A DNA stretch of 64,000 nucleotides from an uncultured Alphaproteobacteria bacterium (GCA_963849435.1 CAWKHO010000016.1:7517-71516), one strand, 5' to 3'; positions 11,355 through 22,934 are shown, counted from the first letter of the stretch. Program-made: numbers and translations. The notes: generated by a model not told the origin, from the sequence alone.

Positions 11355-13168
11355 CCCGTCACCCGCCACATCTTGAACGGCAAGTCCTTCGGCAGTTGGA
11401 CCGGCGTGAGCCACTTCGGCACCTGGCCGCGGTCGAGCTGCGCGTAAAAGCCCTTCGGAGCTTCCGACATGAAGATCGTCGTGGTGGAGCTCTTCGGGCA
11501 GGTCAGCAGATAATTTGAATGATATTTGGCGATCAGCCGGTGCGCCTGGTCGGCGCTCCCCCGGAACGCGTTCATCACGTCGGCGATCTGCTGTCCGTTG
11601 CGATGGTAAGGTCCGGTGATCGCATCGTGATGCGTGACCGCGATCAGCCGCGGGCCCAGGTCGACAAACGTGAACACGATGCCCTTCGGCTGCAGCGCCA
11701 CCGGATGATAGCCCCAAAGCGAGTTGCACAGCGAGTTCGCCTTGCCGATCGCCTTCTCCTGCGGCGACGGCTCAGGGCCCGGAATGTACGCCACGAGCTG
11801 TACCGCAAACCCGGAGCCGATGGCGACGGTCGCCAGGCTGCCGAGCACGAGGATCACCGTCGATTTTGAACGCCACGTGAGAGGAACCAGATACCAGACA
11901 AAGGCCGCCGCTCCGACCGTCGCCAGCATTTGCGCCGCCGGGCCGGTGCGCGTCTGCCACAGGAGCAGCAGCGTCGCCGCGATCCCCGGCACTGCCGCGC
12001 CAAGGATGCGCCGCAGCCGCTCGGAATCGCGCCGCTTCACCCAAATCAGAATCGCCCATCCGATCAGTGCGGTGACAGGCAATGCGGTGATCATCGACGC
12101 GATGCGCCAACCGTGGGTATAGATCGGCCGCGCTTCCTTCACGTGGCTCAGCCACAGGCTATAAACTTCCGGTGAAACACCCTCGAGCCGTTGCAGGCAG
12201 TTCGGCCACATCAACGCGTGGAAGCCGGCCAACACGACGCCCGCGACGAGCGCGAGCGCCAACCTCTTCCTCCAGTCGGCGACAACAAGCAGCGAAAGCC
12301 CATAGAGCAGGGCGCCGCCGAGCAGCACGTCCGACAGCCACACCGGGGACAAGGCGTCGCAGACTGGCGCACTGTTCGCGTAGGACGCGAAGACGAGGAA
12401 CGAGAGCGCAGTCGCTCCGCCGAGCGAGACCGCATAAGCCCGCAGCCGGTCCCGCTCGTCGGCATCGGCGACCCAGAACAGCGCCATCGCTGCACCCATG
12501 ACCGCAATGTAGATCAGCATCTCGAGCCCGATCGCGAGCGACAGCGCGGTCGAGATTCCGAGCGTGAGGCCACCTCGGACGCGCTTAGGATCGGCGATGC
12601 CGGACATGCTGAGCGCGAGCAAAGCGAGCTGCCAGCCGTGATGATCGATCCGCTCGGGCATGAACATGCCGTTGGTCGAGCCGGCGAAGAAGAGCGCAAC
12701 AAAGGCGAGCGGGTAAGCACGCGGGTCGATCAGGCGCCGGGCGGTCAGCGCCAGCGAGAAGAGCAGCAGAAGGTACGGGAGCAGGGGCGCGATTGCGACT
12801 GCCCATCGCTCAGCGCCGGCTCCGCCAAGCACCGGCCGAAGGAGCAAGATCAGTCCCGCGATCGGCAGATCCACCAGCCGCGACCAGTGGATGTTTGCGC
12901 CATAGGGCGGGTTCATCCGGTACTGGCGGAGGTCGAACCAGTCCTGCCCGTGCAACAGCGCGCGGACCTGCATGATCCGCATATTGTCGTCGGTATCGCT
13001 GAGAGCGAAGTAGCGGATGCTGTTCCAGCTGTTGAAGATGAACCAGCAGGAAAGGCCGAGCCACGTCAGCAGCGCGATCGATTTCCAGTGACGGGCGAGC
13101 CAGTCCAGCCCGCGTGCGATTGCGACCTCGTCCTTGCTTTGCCCCATCTTTCGCGCTGTAGCCGCCAA
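11351..13168 (-). CDS. polytopic membrane protein, putative GT-C glycosyltransferase
   Basis: DTDD acidic motif after the first TM, HWSRLVD, RIDHHGWQ, ~13 TM, periplasmic C-terminal domain; adjacent to GtrA. Confidence 0.7.
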   Translation of the reverse strand: MAATARKMGQSKDEVAIARGLDWLARHWKSIALLTWLGLSCWFIFNSWNSIRYFALSDTDDNMRIMQVRALLHGQDWFDLRQYRMNPPYGANIHWSRLVDLPIAGLILLLRPVLGGAGAERWAVAIAPLLPYLLLLFSLALTARRLIDPRAYPLAFVALFFAGSTNGMFMPERIDHHGWQLALLALSMSGIADPKRVRGGLTLGISTALSLAIGLEMLIYIAVMGAAMALFWVADADERDRLRAYAVSLGGATALSFLVFASYANSAPVCDALSPVWLSDVLLGGALLYGLSLLVVADWRKRLALALVAGVVLAGFHALMWPNCLQRLEGVSPEVYSLWLSHVKEARPIYTHGWRIASMITALPVTALIGWAILIWVKRRDSERLRRILGAAVPGIAATLLLLWQTRTGPAAQMLATVGAAAFVWYLVPLTWRSKSTVILVLGSLATVAIGSGFAVQLVAYIPGPEPSPQEKAIGKANSLCNSLWGYHPVALQPKGIVFTFVDLGPRLIAVTHHDAITGPYHRNGQQIADVMNAFRGSADQAHRLIAKYHSNYLLTCPKSSTTTIFMSEAPKGFYAQLDRGQVPKWLTPVQLPKDLPFKMWRVTG

Positions 13169-13219
13169 ACTTTAAACGGCAAGCAGCCGCCGCAAAGGTT
13201 TAATTCCACCGTAATGTTG

Positions 13220-13627
13220 ATGCTTTCGAACCTGACACCTGAACGCCGCACGGTGCTCGCCCAGCTCGTGCGGTTCGTGATCAGTGGCGCAACCGTGACG
13301 GCGCTCGGCGTTACCGTTTATGCCTTGGTCGCGCTCGTTTTGCGCTGGCACCCGCAGGTCGGCAACGTGCTCGCCTATCTCGTCGCGATGGGCACCGGCT
13401 ATGTGATGCACAGCCAATGGAGCTTCCGCGGCCACGGCGCCGAGCGCACCCACGCGACCAAGGTCCGTTTCGTCATCGTTTCGCTAATCAGTTACGCGCT
13501 CAACAGCTTTTGGGTGTGGCTGCTGTACACCGACCTTGCCTGGGGCCGTGCCGCGCCGATCGTGCCGATGCTGTTCGTCACCCCGGCAGTCACTTTCCTG
13601 CTCAACCGCCAATGGGTTTTCCGCTGA
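13220..13627 (+). CDS. GtrA family flippase-like protein
   Basis: QLVRFVISG start, 4 TM, ends FLLNRQWVFR. Confidence 0.88.
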   Translation: MLSNLTPERRTVLAQLVRFVISGATVTALGVTVYALVALVLRWHPQVGNVLAYLVAMGTGYVMHSQWSFRGHGAERTHATKVRFVIVSLISYALNSFWVWLLYTDLAWGRAAPIVPMLFVTPAVTFLLNRQWVFR

Positions 13628-14352
13628 TGGAGCGCGTCGTCTATCGACAGATGGCGGAGCTCGACCAGCGCCACTGGTGGTATCGTGCACGCCGCGAAGT
13701 AATCGCCGCCCTGATCCGCCGCTCGGTCAGCCCGCCGCAGCAAGCCCGCATCCTCGAGATCGGGTGCGGCACTGGCCACAACCTCGCGATGCTTGGCGAG
13801 TTCGGCCATGTCGATGCGCTTGAGCTCGACGAGGAAGCGCGCACATTCGCCGAGCAGCGCCTCGGCCGGTCGGTCATGAGCGCACCGCTCCCCGAGCTCG
13901 CGGGGGTTCCCGATGCGCAATACGACCTCGTCGGAGCGTTCGACGTCATCGAGCATATCGACGACGATCGCGCGGCGATCGCTTCCATCGCGGCCAAGCT
14001 CAAGCACGGCGGCAGGTTCGTGATGACCGTCCCCGCGCACGCATGGATGTGGTCGGCGCACGACGACGTGAACCATCACAAGCGCCGCTATTCGAAACGC
14101 CGGCTGCGGCAACTGATCGAAAGCTCGCCGCTTCGGCTCGAAAGGATCGGCTATTTGAACAGCCTGCTTTTCCCGGCAGCGGTTGCCGAACGCCTCTCAT
14201 CCAGGCTGCTCGGCAAGGACAATGCCGACCTGACGCTTCCCCCGGCACCGCTCAACGCGGCCCTCGAGCGGACCTTCGCCGCCGAGCGTCACTTGATCGG
14301 GCGCTTGCCTTTGCCGGTGGGCTTGTCGCTGTTCGCGGTCGCGGCGAGATAG
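13627..14352 (+). CDS. class I SAM-dependent methyltransferase
   Basis: HWWYRARR, ILEIGCGTG, FDVIEHI, TVPA..WSAHD..NHH.RRY motifs. Confidence 0.9.
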   Translation: MERVVYRQMAELDQRHWWYRARREVIAALIRRSVSPPQQARILEIGCGTGHNLAMLGEFGHVDALELDEEARTFAEQRLGRSVMSAPLPELAGVPDAQYDLVGAFDVIEHIDDDRAAIASIAAKLKHGGRFVMTVPAHAWMWSAHDDVNHHKRRYSKRRLRQLIESSPLRLERIGYLNSLLFPAAVAERLSSRLLGKDNADLTLPPAPLNAALERTFAAERHLIGRLPLPVGLSLFAVAAR

Positions 14353-15320
14353 CCGAGCCGCGCCTTGCGCCGCTCGCCTCCAGGCAGCTCCTGCACACCG
14401 GCGACCTCCTGCACGATATACAGTGGCCGCCGCTTCGCTTCGTTGTACAGCCGGCCGATATACTCGCCCATCAACGCAAGCGCGAACATCTGCACCGCAC
14501 CGAGCACCACGACCACCAGCATCAGCGAGGTCCAGCCCTGGATGTTTTGGCCGGCGGCCCACGCGTAGGCGATATAGAGGATCAGCACGATCGAGCCGAT
14601 CGACAGCGCCAGCCCCGCATGGCTCGCGAGCTTCAACGGCGCCGATGAGAATCCTGTCAGGGCGTCCAACGCGAAACGCATCATCTTCTTCAGCGGATAC
14701 TTGGTCTCGCCGGCGAAGCGTTCCTCGCGGTCATACGGCAGCGGCACCTGCCTGAAGCCGATCCACGCGACCATTCCGCGGATGAAGCGTGCCTGCTCGG
14801 GCATTGCCAACAGAGCGTCGAGCGCACGGCGGCTCATCAGCCGAAAGTCGCCGGTGTCGACCGGAATCTCGACCTCAGTCGCGCGCGAGAGAAGGCGGTA
14901 AAAACCGTGGGCCGTGGCGCGCTTGAACGCGGTGTCGCCGCGCCTGCTCTTGCGCACGCCATAGACGACGTCCGCCTGGCTCGAACGCATCGTCTCCAGC
15001 ATCGCCGGCAGGAGTTCGGGCGGATCCTGAAGGTCGGCATCGATGATCAGCACATAATCGCCATTGCAGAGATCGAGACCGGCGGTCAGCGCGAGCTGGT
15101 GACCATGGTTGCGCGACAAATTGACGGCGACGACCCGCGGATCGTCGGCCGCCAATTGCCGCATGATCGGCCAGCTGCCGTCACGCGAGCCGTCGTTGAC
15201 CAGCACCATCTCATAATCGTCGCCGACCGACTGGCGCGCGGCCGCGCTCAGGCGCGCGTGCAAGGTTTGCAGGCACGCCTCCTCATTGAAGCAGGGCACG
15301 ACGATCGAAAGCGCGGTCAT
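14289..15320 (-). CDS. GT2 glycosyltransferase (GtrB/ArnC-like polyprenyl-P glycosyltransferase)
   Basis: SIVVPCFNEE, VNDGSRD, SRNHGHQ, IDADLQDPPE, GDFRLM; 2 C-terminal TM. Confidence 0.92.
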   Translation of the reverse strand: MTALSIVVPCFNEEACLQTLHARLSAAARQSVGDDYEMVLVNDGSRDGSWPIMRQLAADDPRVVAVNLSRNHGHQLALTAGLDLCNGDYVLIIDADLQDPPELLPAMLETMRSSQADVVYGVRKSRRGDTAFKRATAHGFYRLLSRATEVEIPVDTGDFRLMSRRALDALLAMPEQARFIRGMVAWIGFRQVPLPYDREERFAGETKYPLKKMMRFALDALTGFSSAPLKLASHAGLALSIGSIVLILYIAYAWAAGQNIQGWTSLMLVVVVLGAVQMFALALMGEYIGRLYNEAKRRPLYIVQEVAGVQELPGGERRKARLGYLAATANSDKPTGKGKRPIK

Positions 15321-16874
15321 TAGTGCAACCGATAGAGCACTGACCCCGGTCCGCGCCAGACCACCGGAAGATCGGCGACGAGCTGTGGATTGTACGGCGG
15401 CACGTCGATCAGCCAGACGTAATCGAAATCGTTGCGCGGCAGCGCCGACAGAGATTCGTCGATCTGGCGGTGCAGCGCGTCGCGGCAGTTGTTCGGCCGC
15501 ACCAGCTGCGACGGATCGGCCGCGAAATAGCCCGCGGCCTTATATTTGAGGTCGAGCAGGTTGACGCCCTCGAGCAGCCACTGGTCGTTGGAGAAGCCTT
15601 GGCGGCGCGCGATGACCATCGCGCCGAGATGGCTGTTGCGCAGCATCGGCCAATATTCAGTGCAGGTCATGCCGGTAAGCGTGATCACGCGCGCGCCGTC
15701 AGGGACATGGTCGAGCGCCGTCGAGCTTGGCTCTTTGATCGTCGGCGGCCATGCCGAGGCTCAAAGTATTGCTCCCGATCCGCACCGCGAAGAACAGCAG
15801 CCCGAGCACTGCGAGCACCTGCGCGGTCGTGCGGTCCGGCGCTCCGCGGAAGCGGATCGCGAGCAGGGCCACGGCGATGAGGTAGGGCACCAGCCGCATG
15901 TCCGCATAAGCCGAGCCGAACACGATCCGCGGGAGGATCACGAACGAGAGTGCAAGCACGATCGCCGAGAAGGCAAGGTTGCGCGACAGCGTCAGCTTGC
16001 GGCTGACGAGCGCATAAACGAACACCAGCGCCGGGACGACCAGCGAGCCGATGTCGAACAGCTTCCAGCGGTCACGCAGCGCGGCATAAATCCAGCGCCA
16101 TTTGATCTTCCAGTTGAACCAGTCATAGGTCTGGCCGCCGTGCGTTTCGCTGCGCCAGACCAGCATCACGAGGATCGGCAGGGTCATGACGGATGTGTGC
16201 AGCGCCGCCTCGATCCCGGCTCTCCACCACGAGCGGCCGCGGTCGTGCAGCCGCACCGCGTCGGCCGAGAAGCACATCAGTCCGAGAAGCCCCCAGCCGT
16301 AGGTGTGCGCGAAGAACACGACGAGTGAGATCGGGACGAACAGCCAGCTCCTCAGCCGCGTGCGTTCAAGGCGCCCAAGCCGCAGCCATAGACCGAAGGC
16401 AAGAAACGCCAACGCCACCGAAAGCGCGAAATTCACGAAGCCGAACAGGAACGGAAAACCGTAGATGAATGGCAGCGCGAAGAATGCGGTTGGCGGCACC
16501 CGCCCGTGCACTTCCCTGGCGACCCACAGGAAGCCGATCGCGGTCAACGGCGGGATCGCGGTGACGATCAGCTTCACCGCGGGCTCGAGCCCGATCACCG
16601 GCGCCAGTATCCGCACCAGAAAATCGACGCCAAGGTTGCCGATCAGCGCCCAGTGGTAATCGTAATATTCGCGCAGCCAGGGCGAGTGGCCGAGGTCGAT
16701 CTCGACCCTGTAGCGGCCCATGTGGCCGAACAAATCCACGAGCGGCGGGATCGGCGGATAGAGCAAAGGCAGCATGGTCGCGAACACGACGAGCGCGATG
16801 CACAGCCGCAACTCCCACCACGGGCGCGCTTCATCGACCACGTCCACCGCTGCGCCAGCAGCCCCCATCGTCAC
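15320..16874 (-). CDS. polytopic membrane protein, putative GT-C glycosyltransferase (frameshift ~15720)
   Basis: PPLVDLFGH N-terminal loop, GFVNF, ADMR, many TM; continues into ORF 15320..15688. Confidence 0.7.
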
Positions 16875-17087
16875 GCGCCCCTTGTCACTCCCGCGCGGGT
16901 CACTAGCGGGCTGCGGTCAATTGTCCATGCGGCAAGAGGCCTCATTACAACGTGTTAACGAAGCTCCAGTCACGACCCGCGCCGTTCAAGCCGTTCACGC
17001 GTGAGGTACCGTGGATGCCTTGAATTTCGACAGGAGAGCGCGTCTACAACGGGTCTGCTCGGTAATTTCCTCAAGGGGAGTTATCCG

Positions 17088-17780
17088 ATGAAGACGTTTG
17101 TATTCGGCGGCGCTGCACTTGCCGCCCTAATCGCGGGAACGCCGGCCCTCGCTGGAACCGCGGCGAAACCGCCTCGCGCCCGCGCCAATTATTTCGCGAC
17201 CAATGAACTTCGCGCCGACGTTCCGAAGCACGTCGAGAAAATGTTTACGCGGTTGGATGTCAGTCACGACGGCTTCATCAGTAAGGACGAGGTCACGGCC
17301 GCACAGGCGCAGTTCGAGGCGCGGGCGGCGAAGAGCGCCCCCAAGCGCGCGTCACGCCTCTTCGATCGCCTCGATTCCAATCACGATGGACAGATCACGC
17401 TGGCGGAACTCGAGGCTGCACGGGCGGCCCGCAATGCAAGGAGGCAGACGCCCGTCAAGGCGAGCCGGCGTTCCGGCTCCTCACCTCTTTTCGCACGCGC
17501 CGACGCCAACAAGGACGGCATTCTCACCCGCGCGGAATTAGATGCAGCGGTCGCCAGCGGCAAGGTCAAACCTCGCCACGCGAATATGCGTGGCGCGGCG
17601 ATTGCGCGCCTGTTCGACACCGCCGACGCCGACAACGATGGCCGCGTGTCGCTTGGCGAAGCGCAGCGCGTCGCGCTTCAGCATTTCGACGCTGCCGATC
17701 TCAACCATGACGGAACGCTGACGCCCCAGGAACGCCGGCAATCGCAGAGCTCGGCGCGCGCGAAACGCCACCGAAGCTGA
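17088..17780 (+). CDS. secreted EF-hand domain protein
   Basis: Signal peptide; repeated DxNxDG loops. Confidence 0.85.
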   Translation: MKTFVFGGAALAALIAGTPALAGTAAKPPRARANYFATNELRADVPKHVEKMFTRLDVSHDGFISKDEVTAAQAQFEARAAKSAPKRASRLFDRLDSNHDGQITLAELEAARAARNARRQTPVKASRRSGSSPLFARADANKDGILTRAELDAAVASGKVKPRHANMRGAAIARLFDTADADNDGRVSLGEAQRVALQHFDAADLNHDGTLTPQERRQSQSSARAKRHRS

Positions 17781-17818
17781 CGAGCAGCGTCCGTGCCTTG
17801 GCACGGCCACCGCTTCGT

Positions 17819-19112
17819 TCATTTCGCCAGTTCTGGCACCTCGGAGCGGCCGCGTTTAGCCGCCGCTTTCTTCTTTGGCGCAGCAGGCTCCGCGGCGATT
17901 CTGCGGTAGCGCGCCTCGGCTTCGGCCATATAGTCGCGCGTGATCGGCAGCGCCCGCCGGTCGCGGATGAACTGGATCTGGTAGTTGCAGCCGGCGCCGT
18001 TCTCGAACATCACGATCCCGCCGGCGAGGTAGAATTCCCACAAGCGGTAGAAGCGCGCATCGTACATCGCCTCGATTTCCGCGCGCGCTTTCATCGCCCG
18101 GTCGCGCCAGTGGCGCAGCGTGATCCATAATGCAGTCGCAGGATCTCGATGTCGTTGGCGATCAGCCGAACGGGTTCGCTCGCGCTGAAAATCTGACTGA
18201 GCGAAGGCAGATGATAGCCCGGGAAAGATCCATTTGTCGGTGAACGGATCGGGGCCGTTCGACACCTCGCCGAGCTTGCCGATCGTGTGCAGGAGCATCA
18301 CGCCTTCGGGCTTCAATAGCTCGCGGCACTTGGTGAAGAACTCATCGTAATGTTTGGCCCCGACATGCTCGAACATGCCGACGGACACGATGCGGTCGAA
18401 TGTCCCGTCGAGATGGCGGTAGTCGATCAGCTCGAACTTCACGTGGTCGGATACGCCAGCGGCGGCCGCGCGCTCGCGTGCGATCTTGAGCTGGTGCTCG
18501 GACAAGGTGATCCCAAGCACGTCGACGCCGGCAACCTTGTGCAGGTACAGCGCCATCCCGCCCCAGCCGCAGCCGATGTCGAGCACGCGCTGCCCCGGTT
18601 CTAATGCGAGCTTGGCGGCGATGTGCGCTTTCTTGTCGGCCTGCGCCTGCTCAAGGCTGTTGTCCGGATCGGTGAAGTAAGCGCAGCTGTATTGCTTGTC
18701 GTCGTCGAGGAAGAGTTCGTAGAGCTCGTCCTTCAAGTCGTAGTGGTGCGCGACGTTGCGGCGCGCGCGCATCGGATTGTTGCGGAAGAGCAGCCGGTTT
18801 AGCCGCCGCTTGCCCCTGGAAAGCGCGGCGCGCCCCTCGCCTTTGTCTTCCCAGCGATTGGACGCCGACGATCATCTCGAGCAGATCGAGGATCGTCCCG
18901 TCCTCGATGATCAGCCGGCCGTCCATATAGGCTTCGCCAAGGCCGAGCCGCGGGTTCTTGATGATGTCGAACGCGACCTTGCGGTCGGTGAATCGCACCG
19001 TCAGGTGCTTCCCGCCGCCGGATCCGAATGTCTCCGGCCGCTTGCCCGGCCGCAGCAGGGTGATGCTGCCTTTGGTCAACAGCTTGTCGACAAGCCTGCC
19101 GATCAGCGACAT
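17819..19112 (-). CDS. cfa: cyclopropane-fatty-acyl-phospholipid synthase family protein (frameshifted)
   Basis: GEAYMDG, NVAHHYDL, YSCAYF, LDIGCGWG and SVGMFEHVG motifs. Confidence 0.9.
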
Positions 19113-19122
19113 GGACGCTCCT

Positions 19123-20297
19123 TCACGCAACCGCCGCGCGCTTCCGCTTTTTCTCTGCCGCCGTCTTTAACTGACCGCAAGCCGCGTCGATGTCGCGGCC
19201 GCGCGGCGTGCGTACCGGGGCCGAAATGCCCGCCTCGAAGACGATGTTGCTGAAGGCGCGGATGCGCTCGTCGGTCGAGCATTCGTACGCCGCTCCCGGC
19301 CACGGATTGAACGGGATCAGGTTCACTTTTGCCGGAAGCTTGTACTTGCGGATCAGCCGGACGAGCTCGCGCGCGTCCTCCGGACGGTCGTTCTTGTCCT
19401 TCAGCATCACATATTCGAAGGTGATGCGCCGCGCGTTGTTCGCGCCCGGGTAAGCCGCGCAGGCTTCGAGCAATTGCTCGATGCCGTATTTGCGATTCAG
19501 CGGCACGATCTCGTCGCGGACTTCCTTGGTCACGGCGTGCAGCGAAACCGCAAGATTGACTCCGATCTCCTCGCCCGCGCGCGCCATCATCGGCACCACG
19601 CCGCTCGTCGAAAGCGTGATCCGCCGCCGCGATAGCCCGAGCCCGTCGCCGTCCATCACGATCTTCAGCGCGTCGCGCACATTCTCGAAATTGTAGAGCG
19701 GCTCGCCCATGCCCATCATCACGATGTTGGTCAGCATCCGGCCCTCGGGCTGGCTCGGCCACTCGCCGAGCGCGTCCCGGGCGAGCATCACCTGGCCGAC
19801 GATCTCCGCCGGTTCGAGGTTGCGCACCAGCTGCATCGTTCCAGTGTGGCAGAAGCGGCAGTTGAGCGTGCACCCGACCTGGCTCGATACGCACAACGTC
19901 CCGCGGTCGGCGTCGGGGATGAACACCATCTCGAAATCGTGGCCGTCGTGGGTGCGCAGCAGCCACTTGCGCGTGCCGTCGGACGACACCTGCGCCTCGA
20001 TGACTTCGGGCCGTGAGATGACGAAGCGCTCGGTGAACCAGCCGCGCTGCGGCTTGGCGATGTCGCTCATCGCGCCGAAGTCGCCGACGCCGCGATTGTA
20101 GATCCAGTGCCAGACCTGCTTGGCGCGAAGCTTCGCCTGCCGTCGTCCAGGCCCGCAGCCAGGAACTCGGCGCGGATCTGATCCTTCGACAGCCCGACAA
20201 GCTCGACCCGCCCGTCGGCGCGCGAAGTCGCCGCGCGCGGAACGGGCACGGGATCGATCGCGCCGGCAATGGGCATCAAGGTCGTATCGGCACTCAT
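19123..20297 (-). CDS. rlmN: 23S rRNA/tRNA A2 methyltransferase RlmN (N-terminal frameshifts)
   Basis: [15 protein letters not shown] radical SAM motif, [15 protein letters not shown]. Confidence 0.96.
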
Positions 20298-20311
20298 GGC
20301 GAAGGCGCTAT

Positions 20312-20826
20312 CTAGGGCGCGTCAGCGCACTTTGCCAGCGCGCGCAAGGCACAACGCGCCGCAGCTGCGTCGATCGCGGTCGGAGCGCCGTCGAGCAGAT
20401 AGGGATCGGAGAAGCGCACGCCCGGCCGTGTCGCGAGCCTCGATCCGCATTCCCGTCGGCATAGCGCACCGCGGCGATGATCGCCTGCTCCTGCAGCGGT
20501 CCGCGGCTCCACGCCCAGCCGTCCCGCGCGACCAGCAGGAACGGCTGATTGCCGACCTGGAGCATGACGCTCGAGCCTGGCCGCGGAATTCGGCTGAGCT
20601 GGGCATGAAATTCGCCCCAGCGGCGATGGTCGGGCGTGAAGGCGAAGCCCGCCGTCGGCTGCACCTTGCCCTTGGGCGCGATCTTCGCCGACCGCGCCAG
20701 CGCTTCGCACGCATCGCCGCGATCGATCGCCGCCCAGGCGCCGCCGGCGAAAACGACCGTTCCGCGCGCATAGGCTGGACCCACTGCGGTCAACGCGGCG
20801 GCAACCAAGACAAATCCGGCCTTCAT
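20312..20826 (-). CDS. secreted hypothetical protein (IalB-like), frameshifted
   Basis: Signal peptide; WAA..D...C; FSDPYLLDGAPTAIDAA C-terminus in the alternate frame; upstream of rlmN. Confidence 0.65.
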
Positions 20827-20887
20827 GGGCGAGAGCTAACCCGGAAGCGGGCATGACGCCACTCGCCTTCAAGCGCCGAAGATCTGT

Positions 20888-21088
20888 CTAAAGCCTTCTG
20901 AGCCTTTCTCCCGTTCCCAGGATTATGAAAGTGTAGGCGTCAATTGGCTTCGACCCGTTCACCCGTACAAAGCTCCATCCGCGTTTCGCAGACGAACCCG
21001 AAAAATCTCGTGTGCTCGACGATTTCGTAAACCGTTAGCTCATCGCCGTTACCATCCCTGACTGGGACTGCGCTGAAATATTTACCAC
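20888..21088 (-). CDS. small hypothetical protein (~66 aa, frameshifted; not in ORF track)
   Basis: Manual translation KYFSAVPVRDGNGDELTVYEIVEHTRFFGFVCETRMELCTGERVEA/IDAYTFIILGTGERLRRL*; GGAG RBS before GTG. Confidence 0.55.
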
Positions 21089-21163
21089 AGGTCCGCTCCC
21101 TTACGCGGACAATTCGGCTCCGTTAAGGTAACGAAACCAACTAGTAAATCAAATGGGTAAGTC

Positions 21164-21452
21164 ATGCGGCCAATTTTATCGCTAGCAATAGCGGCAAGCG
21201 CAGTCTTCATGCTTGCGCCAACACCTACGTTGGCACGGCCGTCATTGAGTGATTCTCAGATCAAAAAGAAGAAGTAGCAAAAAGTCCATCACCCAGTACC
21301 CGGGCAATTGTCCGTGCCCATATAATTCGGCCAGCAATGGTTCCCGATGTGGTGGTCGCAGCGCATACAATCGCGCGGGAGGGTATTCTCCGTACTGCTA
21401 TGCCAAAGACGTAAGCGCTTCGATGGTACGTGAATATCGCCAAAATCACTGA
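21164..21452 (+). CDS. small secreted Cys-rich protein (CPCPY...RCGGRSAY...CY), frameshift ~21270
   Basis: Signal peptide MRPILSLAIAASAVFMLAPTPTLA joined to ORF 21249..21452 across an A-rich tract. Confidence 0.7.
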
Positions 21453-21501
21453 CGCGAGAGCAACGTGTTGATCCCCTAATCAACAAGTGTTCAATCGCGA
21501 A

Positions 21502-22086
21502 CTACCTAGCAAGCATCGCGGAGCAGACGTCACCGGCAGCGACGACGAGATGATCAGCCATTTCGATGCCCATCGCTCGGGCGGCGTCCGCCAAATCCCT
21601 TGTCATTAGGATGTCGCGCTTGCTTGGGCGCGGATCGCCTGACGGATGATTGTGCGCAACGATGATGCGCGATGCGCCCCTGCCAATGGCTCTGAGAGAT
21701 TCGTCGGGGACTACATTGGACAGAATCGGGTTCACCCACCGCGATCGTCTCATAATCGATCAGGCCTGCTCCGCGTCTAGGAACAGAACGACGAGGCACT
21801 CATCGCAACGCGATCCGATCAATTTTCTCAGGAATTCGCCTGCATCATCCTGCGTTCGGTGGTTTGGTGCAACCAAACCGTCTTCATGTGCGTGGACCAT
21901 CAATGACCACACACTGCCCAGCAAATCTGCGATTTGTTCTCCCGCATATTCGGCAACAATCACGGGGTGGGCGTTCAACAGCTCAGAGGCTGTGGCGTAT
22001 CGAATGCTTAGTTCGACCGCCGCAACGCATGGATCAGTGATTGAGCCGGCCCTGAAGACCGCTTCCAATCTGCGACGATAATCCAC
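21502..22086 (-). CDS. RadC-like JAB/MPN domain protein (two frameshifts)
   Basis: E.LVVLFLD, then IIVAHNHPSGDPRPSKRD...DHLVV JAMM motif. Confidence 0.85.
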
Positions 22087-22502
22087 GTTCCGACGCGTCG
22101 CTGATGTGCCCACGTGCCAAGGGCTAGCAAGCCGACCATCGGCCATGACCAAATGTCCGTCAGGAATTCGTAGCTCGGCGGCATCATGCCCGGGACCAGC
22201 CATTTGGTCGCATGGACGAGCACTGCCACCAGTTGGCAGCCGGCAGCTGGAATGATCCACCAGCGGTTGGCCCAAATTGCGATCAAGCAAAGTGCCAGCA
22301 GCAACATCGCGTCCGTCACGAACAAGCCCAACGGAACTACGCGAAAGTTTCCTGGCACCTGTAAGAAACCGACCTGAAGCGTGGCCGCCAGTGCGAGGAT
22401 GTAAGCCCCGGCGGTCATCCGTTCCGGCCCGCCTCCGCGCCACATTGAGAAAATCACAACGGCGAAGAAGATCAGAAAAAATGGAACGGAAGTCATGCCC
22501 AA
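22008..22502 (-). CDS. hypothetical multi-pass membrane protein
   Basis: ~5 hydrophobic segments; WRGGGPER, D..LL.L, ANRWW and Q.....H motifs. Confidence 0.75.
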   Translation of the reverse strand: MGMTSVPFFLIFFAVVIFSMWRGGGPERMTAGAYILALAATLQVGFLQVPGNFRVVPLGLFVTDAMLLLALCLIAIWANRWWIIPAAGCQLVAVLVHATKWLVPGMMPPSYEFLTDIWSWPMVGLLALGTWAHQRRVGTWIIVADWKRSSGPAQSLIHALRRSN

Positions 22503-22526
22503 TCATGCTGAGGCTCGAACTGGCGG

Positions 22527-22878
22527 TCAACGGAGATACGCCACTTTAGGGTCAGGGTCCGCCAATTCGGCCGTCTTTGGAGGACACTCGTGAACATCAC
22601 CGAAAGCGATCGCCCGCAGTCCGATTTCGTCCTGCGTTTCGCGAAAAGCCACGTGCGCCGCCCCAATGTCACCGCGCGCGTCGACCAACTTGGCCGTGGC
22701 GCGCGAGACCAGCGCCAGCCCTTCTTGACCGACAGTTACGGGCAGTCTCCGTATTACGACCCTCTATAACCGCGATCGTCAGCCGTGCTGCATGAAGGAT
22801 CGCACTGTCGAGATCGGCTTCCGCCGGCAAGAGTTCACTGGCAACCTTTTGGGCCACTCCAAGACGCTGATTGAGCAT
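22527..22878 (-). CDS. hypothetical helical protein (~117 aa; frameshift ~22750)
   Basis: Stitched translation MLNQRLGVAQKVASELLPAEADLDSAI...VGQEGLALVSRA...IGLRAIAFGDVHECPPKTAELADPDPKVAYLR*; GAGGGA RBS. Confidence 0.75.
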
Positions 22879-22934
22879 AAATCATCCCTCCCCGGCAAGC
22901 GTCCGCCGCCAGGCTACCTTTGTCGTGATTGACC

